From: Octopus sinensis
Lineage: Eukaryota
DNA: 64,000 bases
Direction: 5' to 3'
Assembly (NCBI RefSeq): GCF_006345805.1
Contig: NC_042998.1
Coordinates: 141,360,001-141,424,000 of the forward strand
Positions 34,861 through 47,500 of the stretch are shown here, one piece after another. Below the pieces are notes generated by a model. The model had not been told where the DNA came from. It searched no databases and worked only from the letters and a program-made list of their open reading frames with translations. Each line of letters begins with the position of its first letter. Position 1 is the stretch's first letter. A program made the position numbers and the translations under genes.

Positions 34861-37069
34861 CCTCTTATGTGTCCATAGCTTGTAGCAGGTTCATCTTATG
34901 GAATTTCTACCTACACCCTTCCTATAGATCAGGCAAGGCTGTTTACCTGAAGGGATTTGTGATTTGTCTGCTTACCAATTAACTAAGACTTTGGTTTTTG
35001 CTAGGTTAACCCTTCAATTCTAGAACTTGCTTCCACACCTGAAATTTCTTATTCCATGCTGGTATAGGTTGGATAGTTTGATAGGATCTGATGTGTGCAA
35101 GGACAGCATCAAGCTCAAAACTCTGCTTTGGCATGGGTATTATGGTTGGATGTCCTTTCTAATTCCAACCACTTTACAGCATGGACTAGGTGCATTTTTT
35201 GTGTCACCAGCACTATTTAGGTTGCCATTCTGCTAATAATGGTTTCTTATTTAGGTACAAGGCCAACAATAATTTTTGTGGCATAGAAGTTGGCTAGTTG
35301 ATTACATCAACACTGAAAGATAAGTTGATCCTAGTGGGGACGAGGTGGAACAAATAGAATAAATCAGTTTTTTCTAATACTCTAACAATTCTACCAATCT
35401 TGCACCCTTGATGTTCTATAAGTTATTTAATTAAATCTATACCAGTATATGACTCAGAAGCCTCAATAAGATACAATATATCATAATCCAGAGTGGGGAG
35501 CTATGACCCCTTCAAATTTATGTTAACATCTTGTAAATTAGAATAGTTACAAGCCATTTACATCTCATTTTAGTAGGCAACCACATATTTTTGCATTTCA
35601 AAAACGCTGACCTGAGCTTTTGAATGCACATTTACATATCTGAAAATATATTAGACACTGAACCTTTCAGGTGAAATGACAAAGGACTGAGATACCTGGC
35701 ACCTGGTTGTACTGAAGAGCTGTACCCTGCAGTAAAAGTATCAAGACCGATCCTGCTGGTGGCATAAAGCACTAGAGGTGGTGCCTTGTAAAAACACCTG
35801 CTACACACTATAGAGTTGTTGGTATCAGGAAGGGCATCCAGTTGTAGAAACCATATCAAATCAGACAGGAGCCCAGTGCATCCCCCACCCCCATTTGGTC
35901 AAACCATCCAAACTATGCTAGCATGGACAACAGACGTTAAATGATGATGATGAAACATGAAAATATCCTCTCTTTTAATTTTGCATATATACACACACAC
36001 ACATGAAGGTTTGTAACCTAGGTTAAGGTAATGCACTCACAATCACTAGGTTGTCATCTTGATTTTCAGATTGGGCAGCACAACAATTCATTTCACATTA
36101 CTCCATTCCACTCGGACTAGTATCTTGTTCAAGGAGAATGTTAGAATCTAGGTTACATAGGAGTTCTAGGACTTGAGACAGCGATGATCAAGGGCTTACC
36201 TTTACCTTTTTTACATACAGACACATTTAGCTGAAATTATAATTCCTGTTCAATCAATGCACATACATAAATAGGTGCAGGCATAGCTTTGCGGTTAAGA
36301 ACTTTGCTTCCCAATGATGTGGTTTTAGGTTCAGTCCTATGGCATAATACCTTAGGCAAATGTCTTCTACTATACCCACTGGCCAACCAAAGCCTTGTGA
36401 AAAGAGTTGGTAGAAGAAAACTGAAAGCCCATCATGTGTGTATATATATGTGTTTGTGTGTGTGTTTGTGTCTTCTTGTATGGACATCACATAATAGTTG
36501 TGAATGTATGCAACTGTCATATAAGCAATATCATCTGTTTCCAATATTCTGAGAGAAAATAAGTCTGGTCATGGGGAAATATTACTTTGTTTGGAACAGG
36601 CAAAGGGTTGGCAACATAAAGGGCAACCAGCTAGAGACAATGTGCTTCAATAGACTCTGTTCAACCCATGTAGGCATGAAAAATGGGCATTAAAAATGAT
36701 GTGATGATGAGAAAGACATTTGCATAAATCCACAACGTACAGACCTACAATGCATACATATATCAATACTAAATGCCCTCATTAATGAAAGCAGTAATTT
36801 ATCACAAAGCCATTTTAATTTATCATCACAATTTCTACAGCTAGTTGTTCTTCCTGTTGTCAAACCTCACCTGTTCTCAAGCAAGCTAATATTTCACCAT
36901 GACCAGACATATTCTTGAACAATTTTTTTTTTACCAAGGCCTATTTCCCATAGGATGGGGTAGTCACACATCAGGCATTCCATTCATTTCCCAGCTCAAA
37001 GAGGTGAGCCCTGTCCTATGCTCGGGTCAAGGCATAGAAAGCAACCCCCAATATCAGCAGTAGGGCCTA

Positions 37070-37990
37070 ACAGCATATGCTAGTTTACCCCCACCGCATC
37101 ATGGTTCTGTACCTTTTTGAACAACATCAATTTACTCATCCGTCCACAAACACTCTCCAAGCTTTCCTATCATTAATAAACTCTCTTGCCTCTCTCACTC
37201 TAACACCTCTAACCACCAAAGCTTTCCCCACTCCATCCATCCACACAAACTGGGGTCTGCCTCTGGTTCTGCTGCCTTCATCACTCTCCTTACCATCCTC
37301 TCCATGTGGCCAAACCAACTCAACATTCCTCTATCCATTCTGGTAGATTTTCTCTCATTCCTACTCACCTTTGCATGTCCTCATTCTTCATCCTGTCCAT
37401 CCGTGTCACACCAACCATAGCCCTCAAACATCTAATCTCAAACACATCTAGTCACCTACTTTCTGCCTCTCTCAGACCCCAAGTCTCTGCATCATAGAAC
37501 ATTGTTGGCACAATCATGCCCTCATACACACCTCTTTTCGCTTTCATACTCAACCTTTTATCTCTCAGCATACCTTTCACAACTCCAAGTGTCTTACTCC
37601 CCTCTCTCACTCTATATCCCACTTCATTAGCCAACCCTCCACCATCACATGTGATCCCAAGTACTTAAAACACTCACCTCCTCTAACATCTCATAATTTA
37701 TACTCACATTCATCCTACCAGCCATTCCATCTCTCGAACATCTCATCATCTTACTCTTAGCTACATTCACTTTCAGTTCCCTCTTCTTACACACTCTTCT
37801 AAACTCTACCGCCAGTCTCCTCTGTTTCCCTTCTGAATCCATCACCAGTGCTGTATCATCAGCAAACAACAACTGACTCACCTGCCATTTCTCTCCATTT
37901 TCTGCCACCATTTGAGCTTCCCTGCCAAAGATTCTAGCATTCACCTCTCACCACACCATCCATATAGAGATTAAACAGCCACAGAAACAT
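37070..37990 (-). mobile_element. RTE-clade LINE RT/3' fragment
   Basis: LLFADDTAL, LKVNVAKSKMM, YDAETW, RGRPQFVWMDGV, DRKAWR. Confidence 0.8.
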
Positions 37991-38894
37991 CAGAACCTAC
38001 CTTCACATCAAACCACTCACTCACTTCTTGCAGAATACTACAAATTAATGACACTGCTTATATGGCAGTGACACTAATTTACAACTTTCACATGAAGTCA
38101 AGACAAGGACACACATGCATACAAACACACATATACATACACAATCTATATTGTGTGTTTATGTAAAATATACATATATATATACACATGACTGGCTTCT
38201 TTTAGTTTCCATTTACCAAATCCATCCAAAAGGCTTTGGCTAGCTTGGGGTTATATTATAAGACATGACATGCAGTGAGACTGATCTGAAACCATGTGTT
38301 TGGGAATTTAACTTCTCAATCACACAACCATGCCTGTGTCGATTTAATAACCAAGCAACAACTAAAAAGCATTCATAGAATTCTGTCTGAAAAACAAAAC
38401 AAAACAAAACAAAATGAGAGAGAGAGAGAGAGAAAACCACATTCTGCAAGGGATACTCAATGATAATGCAAAGAAGTACTGAAACAAAACAACTGTAATA
38501 ACAGACGGAGGAAACAAAAGAACTGATACCAATTTTGGTATTTTGGCATATGATGTATTTTTTATTTATTTTTCTTGTTTTTGTTCTGGTCTTTTTTTAA
38601 ATCTTTTAACTTATTTTTTTTTTCTCTTTTAAACTCGTCTCAATAACAGTTTATTCTATAGTTTTTAGTTTTTTTGTGTTTGTAAATATGAATCTGGTTG
38701 CTGTTCCTACTGGAGGTAAAGGGTTTTCATTTTTTTTTGTTTTTGAAAATTTTTTTTAACATTTTTGTTGCAGTTTTTGGTTGTGTGGGTATTTTTTTTT
38801 GATAATCTCCTTGTGAGTCAGAGGAAGAAGAAAGGGGGGAGAGAGTGGTTTGGGTTGTTTTTTGTTTGTTTTTGTTTTGTTTTTGGTACCAATG

Positions 38895-41800
38895 TTACTT
38901 ACCAGAGTCTGTTTGACAAATCTGCACACTGGCAGTGTTAGCTAATGGGGAACTTTGAGTCTGATGTAACCGTTGAACAGTCTCCTCTAGGCTCCTGCAA
39001 GGTGACTTAGTCGGGCCAGATGCCAGGGGGTTACCAGGTCGTTTCAGAGATGGGTGTGAAAGAATAGAATTCAGCTGTGGTTCACTCAGTTTTTGAACGT
39101 CGGCCAAGCTTATTAAAGGTACAGCTGTCACATAGCTGCTGTCACCGCTGTTGTTGACCGGATTTCCACTTTTGGCTCTGTCCGATGCCACAGCAGAAGA
39201 ATTGGTCACTGTAGCAGCAGTGGTGACAAGTGTTGGTGTGAGAGTTGGAGGTGCTCGGGGAGGAGATGCTGCTGCTGCTGTTGATGATGACGATGATGGG
39301 GAGAGTGCTGCTGTTGATGAAGCAGCTGCTGTGGAAGGACTTGTTGAAGACACTACTGACGACTGTGAGTAGGAAGAAGATGTCTTTGGGGAAGTCGACA
39401 AAGTGCTGTCTTTCGGTCCGTTGCTTGATCCCGGCACTGGAGAGCCATCAGTTGCAGTGATGACCACCACAGACGACTTTGTACTGCAATCGAGAACAAC
39501 ATCGTTACCATCATTCTCCGCAATTACTGGCAGAGGAGTTGAAGACGATGGCGATGATGTAGTGGTACCAGATGCAGCTGAGAGAGGTGTGGATGATGTT
39601 GCAGTTGTGGTGGTGGTGGTAGTAAGAGAGTTAGGGTTAGAAGGAAGGGAATTTAGAGAATCACTTTGGACCTTCTCAGTGTCAACAGTGGGAGTTTGTT
39701 GGACTGTATCACTAGCAGAGTTAGATGATACAGAAGCTGTGTCCTGTCCTTTGCAAAACATGTAAGTCAACTGTGGGAAGTGGCTTTCTAAGGTACCCAG
39801 CTTTATGATCTTATTGCACTTGAGAACAGAAACTGGAAGACTGTAGTACTGAATAAAAGCCTTTTCCTCTTCATCAGTACAGGTCGTGAGAGGAACCTTC
39901 AGTACATTCTCTAGAGCAAATAGAAACTCATTCATGCTGCACTGTGGGTAGTACAACTTGCAGACGGCTTCTACCAATGCATAAGAACCACTGCGGTTAG
40001 GTGAGTTAATGCATGATATACTTTTGCCACGCAAGAAAATGCTAGATATGTGCTGCACAAGGGCTGAATCCATGGGCTTTGATACTGGCTGTTGAGGTTG
40101 TGAATCTCCTTGAACCGATCCTGTCGCTGTTGGAGTTGAAGATAAAGAATACGAAATCTGTTCAGCTGCTGAAGCTTGTTGTGAAGATGATTGCTGTTGT
40201 TGGGGTTGCTGTGAAGATGACGGCTGTTGGGAGACCTTATTGGTTGTCGGCACGGGCGACGATGAGGTGAGGTTGATGGGTTGCACACTAGACGCATGCA
40301 GCACCATAGAGTTGGCTGAGATACTGTTATGGTTTGAAGATCCGGAACCACTTGCTGCTGCTGCTGATGCTATATTTTGGATGTTAGATGCCAATGTCCG
40401 AGAGTGAGATTTGTTGACACTACTACTCACCACCATGTTAGGACTGGGGACAGTAGAGTGGGCTGCTACGGCTTGGCTAGCAGAACTGGCTTCATTGGGC
40501 CGTGTCCACAGTCCAGCCACAGCAGTGCTTTGAGTGTCTGGAATGGAGAGCAACTGCTCGTATATACTTGGTGGATGGTGGCCTTGAGGCAATGATGGTG
40601 CTGTTGTGACAGGAATGTTGCTGATGGGATGGGGATATGATGCAGATGATACAGGCATACGTACAGATGAGTTGGCTTGAGTGTAGCGGGCTATGTTGGC
40701 ATAGTTCCCAGGTAAAGAACTAACAACGGCGTTCCATGCCTGGGATTGGTGCTGACTGAGGGCGCTAAGGATTGGTCCACTCGATGCATACATATTGGCC
40801 GGATTAGAAATAGATGGCGAGGGTAGCCTTGGTAGTTGGCTCACAAGGATATTTTGACTAGCTTGATGGGCAGATCTCTGGTGGATAACTGACTGACCAC
40901 CAGTTGCCTGCGATACAATTGAAGGCAAGGATTGGGTAACAACATGTCCTTTTGTTAAAAAGCTTTTCAGTACATGAAGAGGGTTATGTTGCTTTGATGT
41001 AGGCAGTTGGCTAGGGTTTGGCAAGCCATGCTGGTTAGGATTGGCCTGCTCAGATTGCAGCCGGCTATTTCCCAGTAGGGAATTGGAAGTACTAAAGTTT
41101 GCTCGTTGTTGTTGTTGGAGTGATTGTTGTTCATTACTGCTGGGAACTTTCAAAGGTAGTTGTTGTTTGGCAAAATTTAGGAAGTTTGGGTTCAGTCCAC
41201 TTGGAATGACTATATTTGGATTAATAAGATTGTTTGTCATGGGTGACCGAGTTGGGTTTCCTCGTGGACTGGGGTTTCTGGGATAGGGGGGCAATGCAGT
41301 ATTAAATGGATGCATAGCTTGTGTACTTGACAGAGCTGAGGAAACTGAAATGTGGGAAGGGAACGCACTTAAGTGCGGAGGAGGGGGAGAAGAAAAGTTT
41401 GAGTTTTTAGTAGGGTTACCACTGAAGTCTATATAGCGAGCATGTGTGAGAGGTTTGTCCTGGGGCAGATCAATTATTAAAGGGTTGTGGTATGTCTTGA
41501 TAGTATTCAGGCTTACCAGCTTGGTACTTTTGCAAAATGAGAAATTGAAACCAGCTACTTTGCATGTTTCGTTCAGCATGTCACACTCTATTTTCGTTGG
41601 AGGCTCACCAGTGATTTGATTATCAGCTAGTAGGCCAGCAGCATAGCGTATCACAGACAAAGGAACATATTTTCCACCATTAGACCGTTCAACGTAGGGT
41701 GTGATGGTGTTGTTGATTTGCAGCCAGCCACAGTAGTCCATAAACTGAGGCCGGTCGGACTTGCGTGGCAACGACATATCATGTGCCCTGGTATCCTCTT

Positions 41801-42554
41801 GCTGGTCTTCAGTAGGAAAAGACTTTTTCACGATGTCGTGGAACTGCTCAAACTCCGCCATATTAACGATTAAATCTTGTGTAGTAAACAGCTGTTTGCC
41901 ATACTCATAGCTACAGTGAACTGTGTTTATTTCATTCAGAAGTTTGGCCTCATGTTCAGTAATGAAGTAACTTGTCAGAGGATCCCTCTTACCCAGCTCA
42001 TCTGGGAACGAGTTTGGGTACCGGCTGAACAGTTTCACTTCCACTATGCGTACACTCACAAATTTTTTATCCTCTCGAAATATGAAAGGAATGTTAATAC
42101 CATCAATAGTGGTCCAACCGAAGACACCCTTAATACTGGAAATATCAATGCGTTTCTCCAGGGCTTCCATGGCTTCTTCAGAGAGTTTGTCAGAAGACTT
42201 GGTGCTGGCCAGAGACTGTGTGTGGCTAGCAGCCACAGCAGCAGCTGGGTTGGCATAGCTGCTTGTGTTTGACGGCGACCGGCTAGACAACACATTAGAG
42301 GATGATCGTTGATGGTTGACTGGTGCGGCTAACCGACTGTTGGCGTTCTGTGAGGGTTGCTGTAACTGCGTTGATAGCGAACTGACACTTCCACCACTGC
42401 TACCACCGCCACTGCTGCTGCTTGCATTATTATTATTATTGTTATTGTTGCTGTTGTTGTTGCTGCTACTGTCTCCACTTGGGGTATTACTGCAGGCTAC
42501 AACAGCACTGCTGTCACTTTCATCTCTTGGTTCTGCCTTTATCTGAATCGGCAT
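38895..42554 (-). CDS. Large host-gene coding exon: uncharacterised ~1200-aa protein with three globular modules and Asn/Ser/Gln/Thr low-complexity linkers, probably a nuclear regulator
   Basis: Uninterrupted 1229-codon ORF. Acceptor tttatttgcAG at 42568-42567 (exon starts 42566), first ATG at 42554. Donor G|GTAAGT at 38903/38902 overlaps the in-frame TAA at 38897-38895. No transposon motifs. Confidence 0.9.
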   Translation of the reverse strand: MPIQIKAEPRDESDSSAVVACSNTPSGDSSSNNNSNNNNNNNNASSSSGGGSSGGSVSSLSTQLQQPSQNANSRLAAPVNHQRSSSNVLSSRSPSNTSSYANPAAAVAASHTQSLASTKSSDKLSEEAMEALEKRIDISSIKGVFGWTTIDGINIPFIFREDKKFVSVRIVEVKLFSRYPNSFPDELGKRDPLTSYFITEHEAKLLNEINTVHCSYEYGKQLFTTQDLIVNMAEFEQFHDIVKKSFPTEDQQEDTRAHDMSLPRKSDRPQFMDYCGWLQINNTITPYVERSNGGKYVPLSVIRYAAGLLADNQITGEPPTKIECDMLNETCKVAGFNFSFCKSTKLVSLNTIKTYHNPLIIDLPQDKPLTHARYIDFSGNPTKNSNFSSPPPPHLSAFPSHISVSSALSSTQAMHPFNTALPPYPRNPSPRGNPTRSPMTNNLINPNIVIPSGLNPNFLNFAKQQLPLKVPSSNEQQSLQQQQRANFSTSNSLLGNSRLQSEQANPNQHGLPNPSQLPTSKQHNPLHVLKSFLTKGHVVTQSLPSIVSQATGGQSVIHQRSAHQASQNILVSQLPRLPSPSISNPANMYASSGPILSALSQHQSQAWNAVVSSLPGNYANIARYTQANSSVRMPVSSASYPHPISNIPVTTAPSLPQGHHPPSIYEQLLSIPDTQSTAVAGLWTRPNEASSASQAVAAHSTVPSPNMVVSSSVNKSHSRTLASNIQNIASAAAASGSGSSNHNSISANSMVLHASSVQPINLTSSSPVPTTNKVSQQPSSSQQPQQQQSSSQQASAAEQISYSLSSTPTATGSVQGDSQPQQPVSKPMDSALVQHISSIFLRGKSISCINSPNRSGSYALVEAVCKLYYPQCSMNEFLFALENVLKVPLTTCTDEEEKAFIQYYSLPVSVLKCNKIIKLGTLESHFPQLTYMFCKGQDTASVSSNSASDTVQQTPTVDTEKVQSDSLNSLPSNPNSLTTTTTTTATSSTPLSAASGTTTSSPSSSTPLPVIAENDGNDVVLDCSTKSSVVVITATDGSPVPGSSNGPKDSTLSTSPKTSSSYSQSSVVSSTSPSTAAASSTAALSPSSSSSTAAAASPPRAPPTLTPTLVTTAATVTNSSAVASDRAKSGNPVNNSGDSSYVTAVPLISLADVQKLSEPQLNSILSHPSLKRPGNPLASGPTKSPCRSLEETVQRLHQTQSSPLANTASVQICQTDSGK

Positions 42555-44333
42555 ATTCGGGATAGCCTGCAAATAAACAAACAATAAACGTTGCTATAAA
42601 TGTTATTTAATATATTATCATTAAAATAATATTGAACATAAATTCAGATTCAATAGAATAATCACAGCTGCAATAGGAGCTAGGTTTTAAAAGACTGTTT
42701 CAAGTACAAAGACAACAGTGCTATGAAGAAGTAGTTAAGATATTGCAATAAATTACAACAGTTCTACTGATGTCTTAATCCTGATTAAATTAAGACATCC
42801 TTGTGGGAACAGAGTATACTGAGCTTTGTGTATGTGCACTTGAGACACAAGAACTGAGTTGACTCATTTTTGACATTGGGGTACTTCCTAGAATTCTCCA
42901 TCGTTCCTATGATGTAGTACACAAATTTCATTTTTACTGACCAATAGAAAGAGGTTGCTAGAACTGATTTGCATATGATTAACATGTTACATCACCAGCA
43001 AAAATTTAATCTGTGCAGGGAGGGTTACTACAGAAAAACGGTTATAAGAAGACAGTAACCAGAGGTAAATAACGAAAGTCCCTTTTGGGAAAGAATTCCT
43101 TTAGACTGAGTTTTATTAAGTTTAAATTTCCATGAATTGTTGAAGAATCACAACTGATAGAGACTCAAAGACTCCAAACTGACAGATACAAAGATGATAA
43201 TGGATAAACTTTCAAAGCTGTTACTCATGAGTGAAGTATGATTTCATAACTTGTAAACCATGCCTTAGCTGCTTGTTTTAGGTGTCTGTGTCATCATAAG
43301 CAGATATAAACACCTTCTTGGACTTGCTACCCATGACCACCCTCGAGGATGTTATAACTAGAAAGAGAGAGGGTTGCACGGATAGTTAGCTAGCATTCAT
43401 TTTCTGCCGAGTAGACTGGAGTAAAGTGAAATGGAGTGTTTTGCTCAAGAACACAATGCAGTGCCTAGTCCAGGAATCAAACACATGACTACAATCACCT
43501 TAGCTGGCCACGTGTCTTTGTGTACAGTGAATGACATAATGCCCATGACAAAGATAACTGGGGGCAGTTGGTATGAAAAAAGTTGAGCTAGTGTTTGAAA
43601 CATTAAATACCCTAACTATTAGGCTGTGTGCCTTTGTATAAAGTGAATGACATAATCTCCATGACCAAAGACTGATCTTCAGAAAATACATAAATGCAGA
43701 TTGTTAAATAACAACTCAGTTACTCAAGTAATGTAGCAGAACAACAGTGGGGAGGGAAGAAAATTCTCAGGGACATCAGCTGGATAAAATGTTATTAGTA
43801 AGGTAAACACTAACAATTTCAATGATTTAAAGTTAAATGCATGTCTTCTCTAGTAATTCTAAAGCAGTGATTCTAAACATTCTGGTTGCTCAGCATGCCT
43901 TTTTGTTGAATTATGTTTTACAACTGCCCCATCCCACCCTTTTGCCTTGCAAAAGAAAAATTATTTTAACCCCTTTTTTTAGTGTATTTCCCTAGGGCAT
44001 CTGGCTGTAAAACAATGCCTCAAATTAAGCTTATATTCTGTTATCTTCTGATGAAAGATAATACAATTCCAATCTCCCATACTTGAGACACCATGTTTTT
44101 TATTAAGAACTTTTATTGCTAACAAACTCAGCAGTAATGAATTGTGTGCATATATACACACACAATCAACCTACCATTGTTGTACTTTATTAATTAACCC
44201 TTTTGTGACCAAATTTCTAATGAAGTGCACAGGTCTAACTTTCATTTAATCCTGGAAAATAATCAATAATTTAGGAAGAAGGTTAGTAAAATACCTAATT
44301 CTTCACTCCTATTAATTTGTATATTAATATTAA

Positions 44334-44545
44334 CCCATTCTTTAAAAATGTATTTCTGCTGAAATACACTACTTTTGATTCAATTAATTTTGAAAGTAAT
44401 GAAAAATTTAGTAAAATAATTTCACCCTGATTAATCTGATGTTTGGAACATAAATGAAGAGGAAATTTTGATGGGAGGTTTTAATTTAGATTACTTAAAA
44501 ACAAGAAGTTTGTACCATAACTGGGGACGGTTGATATGAAATGGG
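44334..44545. mobile_element. piggyBac-type MITE
   Basis: TTAA-CCCATT...AATGGG-TTAA. Internal sequence shared with 49555-49720, 52660-52890 and 61325-61710. Confidence 0.6.
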
Positions 44546-47500
44546 TTAAGCTAGTGTTTGAAACTGTGGCTGTGTGGTAAGTAGCTTGCTTACCAGCCAC
44601 ATGGTTCCGGGTTCAGTCCCACTGCATGGTACCTTGGGCAAGTGTCTTCTACTATAGCCTCGGGCTGACCAAAGCAGTTATAATGGCCATGTCCAGCCCA
44701 AATATGTTATCTGTTTTGTGTTCAAGTCAGCGAGATCCAGCCTATCATATCTACCTTTCAATATCATTATAAAATATACAATCACATCATTATGAGATAT
44801 TGCATGATTAATGAAAAAGCATTACACCATGACAGAATAATCTGAATGCTAAAAGGTTGTGTATTAATATCATACATTAAGTTTACTTTATACTTAAACA
44901 ATAATTTCAGTTCAAAGATACGACTACTTGACACAACTTAAAAGTGAGAGGTGGTCATAACTTTGGTATCTTTCATTCTATCTCTCATTGTATGCTTGGA
45001 TCAAGTGGATAAAATATCATCAGGTAGACTTAACGTTTGTCATCATTTACTAATGCATCACCCTGCCTCACCATCTGCTATTTTAAAATTTAAATACGTT
45101 AATTTAAACATATTTTTGATATATTTAACTTCAGTCAGAAGTTAGATTCAATGACTTTTACACAAAGAATGCTCACATTATAATCCTTTATATTTATTAT
45201 TATGCACATAATGTTGGGGTGGGGGAGGCTGGCAGAATCATTAGCATGCTGGACAAGATGCTGAGCAGCATTTTTTCCAGCTCTTTATGTTCTAGGTTCA
45301 ATTCTGCTAAGGTAGACTTTGCCTTTTGGGGTAGATAAAATAAGTACCGGTTGAGTATTGGAGTTGTAACTAACTGGTCTACTCCCCAAAACTTTCAGAC
45401 CTTGTGCCTATAATAGAGAGGATTATCATGCATAAAATGTATATATGTTTATACACACCCCTACTCATAAGCACATACAGGTGTGTGTATGTATCATCAT
45501 CATTTTTGGTCTGCTTTCTGTATTTGCAGGTGTTGGACAATTCAATAAGATCCAATGAGTTGGAGAATAATATCTTACTCCAATGCCTCAGTTTTTGTAG
45601 TTTCAACAGCTGGATGCTCTCTCTAATACCAACCAGTTTATTTGCTGACAATAAATGTTTTTCATATAACATACAGTTTCTCAAAGTGCAGAAGATTAAC
45701 ACATAACCTAAATACTAGCAAGAAACAACAGAAAAGTAATTCTAATATGGGTAAGTTGTTACAAGATATAAGACTGACAGCTGATTTGAATCACTAGAGT
45801 GATGGCCTATTTTGTTAAAAGTTTTGGTTTCAATTACTAAAGTGGCCCAAGAAAAGATACTTCTCCAGTTCCTCTCTGTAAACAGTGTTAGTATCGTTTA
45901 TTGATGAATTTTACTTAAGCTTAAAGTGTTGGGTGAAAACATGTAGCATAGTGGCTAGGATGTTGCACTAACAAATCCCAAGATTGTGGTTTTGCTCAAT
46001 AACACAGTGCACTGCATTATTGAGCAAAACACTTCATTTCACAATACTCCAGTCCACTCATCTGTAAATGAATAACCCTACAATGGACTGGGATTGTGTT
46101 TGGGAGAAGGTAGTGATTTTGGGCATTGGGTAATAGGCTCTATGGGTCCTAGTGCATGAGACAATAATGTCTGAAAGTTGATGATGATGAAAAAGTGGTG
46201 GGCTCACACTGGCTATGCTTATGTTAAACCAACAGCCTGTTTAATCTTGTGGTTTTAAAAACTGAAATAAGATCAAGCATAATATGAGATCTTGTGGTAA
46301 TAAAGACATGAGGATTAGGGCAGAAAATGGGCAATAATAAAATTGAAGGCAGCTGCATAATTGTCAAATGCCCCTTTCCAAAATAATCTTAGATATAATT
46401 TTACATCCACTCATTTACATTCAATCATTTTCTTTTTGTGTGCCATTCTCAGGGGTGATGGAGACCCTGGACCACCATGCCCAAAGGCTTAAGATTCATG
46501 ATTTTTTAAAGGAAAGATATGGCAGTAGTTTCTTGTTGCCTTCTTCCATGTGGTTTATAGTTTACTCTGCTAGCATCCAGTTCCCACTGAAGCATAGGGC
46601 CTATTTAACTGTTTCATATGACACCAGGGTATGACTACACATCAGTGGACCTGTGTGACAGAGGCCAGTCCCAACCCCAACCCTGCATACTTAGGTCATG
46701 GGACCATCTATTAAGTTTTGATAAGTACTACAACCTCAGGAGTGGTAATGATACCACATTCCTCCAAATCCCAAAACTCTCAGGCCGCAGCCTCACAAAA
46801 ATGTAATTTGATGCTTTTTCCCCAGGACAAAACTATGGTCAGATATTTTTTTGTTTTACTTGTTTCAGTCATTACACTGTGGCCATGCTGGGGCACTGCC
46901 TTGAAGAATTTTATTTAGTCAAATGAATCAAACCCAGTACTTATTCTAGTGGTCTCTTTTACTGAACTGCTAAGTTACAGAGATATAAATACACCAATAC
47001 CGGTTGTCAAGAAGTGGTGCAGAGTAAAGACAGAGGCACACATACACGATGGGCTTCTGTCAGTGTGTGTTTACCAAATCTATTTGATAATTATGAACAT
47101 TTGTAATATGAATTGTGTTTTAACAAATAGTTATTTTTATTTTGCTGCATTTTAAAATTCAATGCTCTTCTAGCATTAAACATAAGAATATTAGGTATTT
47201 TGAACTTGACATGCTGACAAAATACAGTTCTAATAAAAGACCATTTGCCAATGGCCATAACATTGCACACACCAGCTCAGTACTTTTTACTTTATACTAA
47301 CTCCATGGAACAAACAACTTTTTTGAAACTTTCCACTGTTCACAACGTAATAATAATGATAATAACAACAACAACTCACAGCACCCCGTATGACAATGAT
47401 AAGAAGCTTGAAAAATTGTGAAAGAATGCAAGAGCATTTTCAAGAATAGTCTAAGTTCACAAACATTTCTCTTCAGAATAGAAAATAAAATTTTAAACCC

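Noticed and set aside
39151-42546. Several + strand ORFs of 60-130 aa over the host exon
   Set aside because: Expected antisense open frames of a low-complexity coding sequence.
45530-45750. Possible + strand exon (tttgcAG acceptor at 45529, G|GTAAGT donor at 45751)
   Set aside because: It has an in-frame stop, no coding signature and no partner exon; such site pairs arise by chance in 64 kb. It needs RNA evidence.
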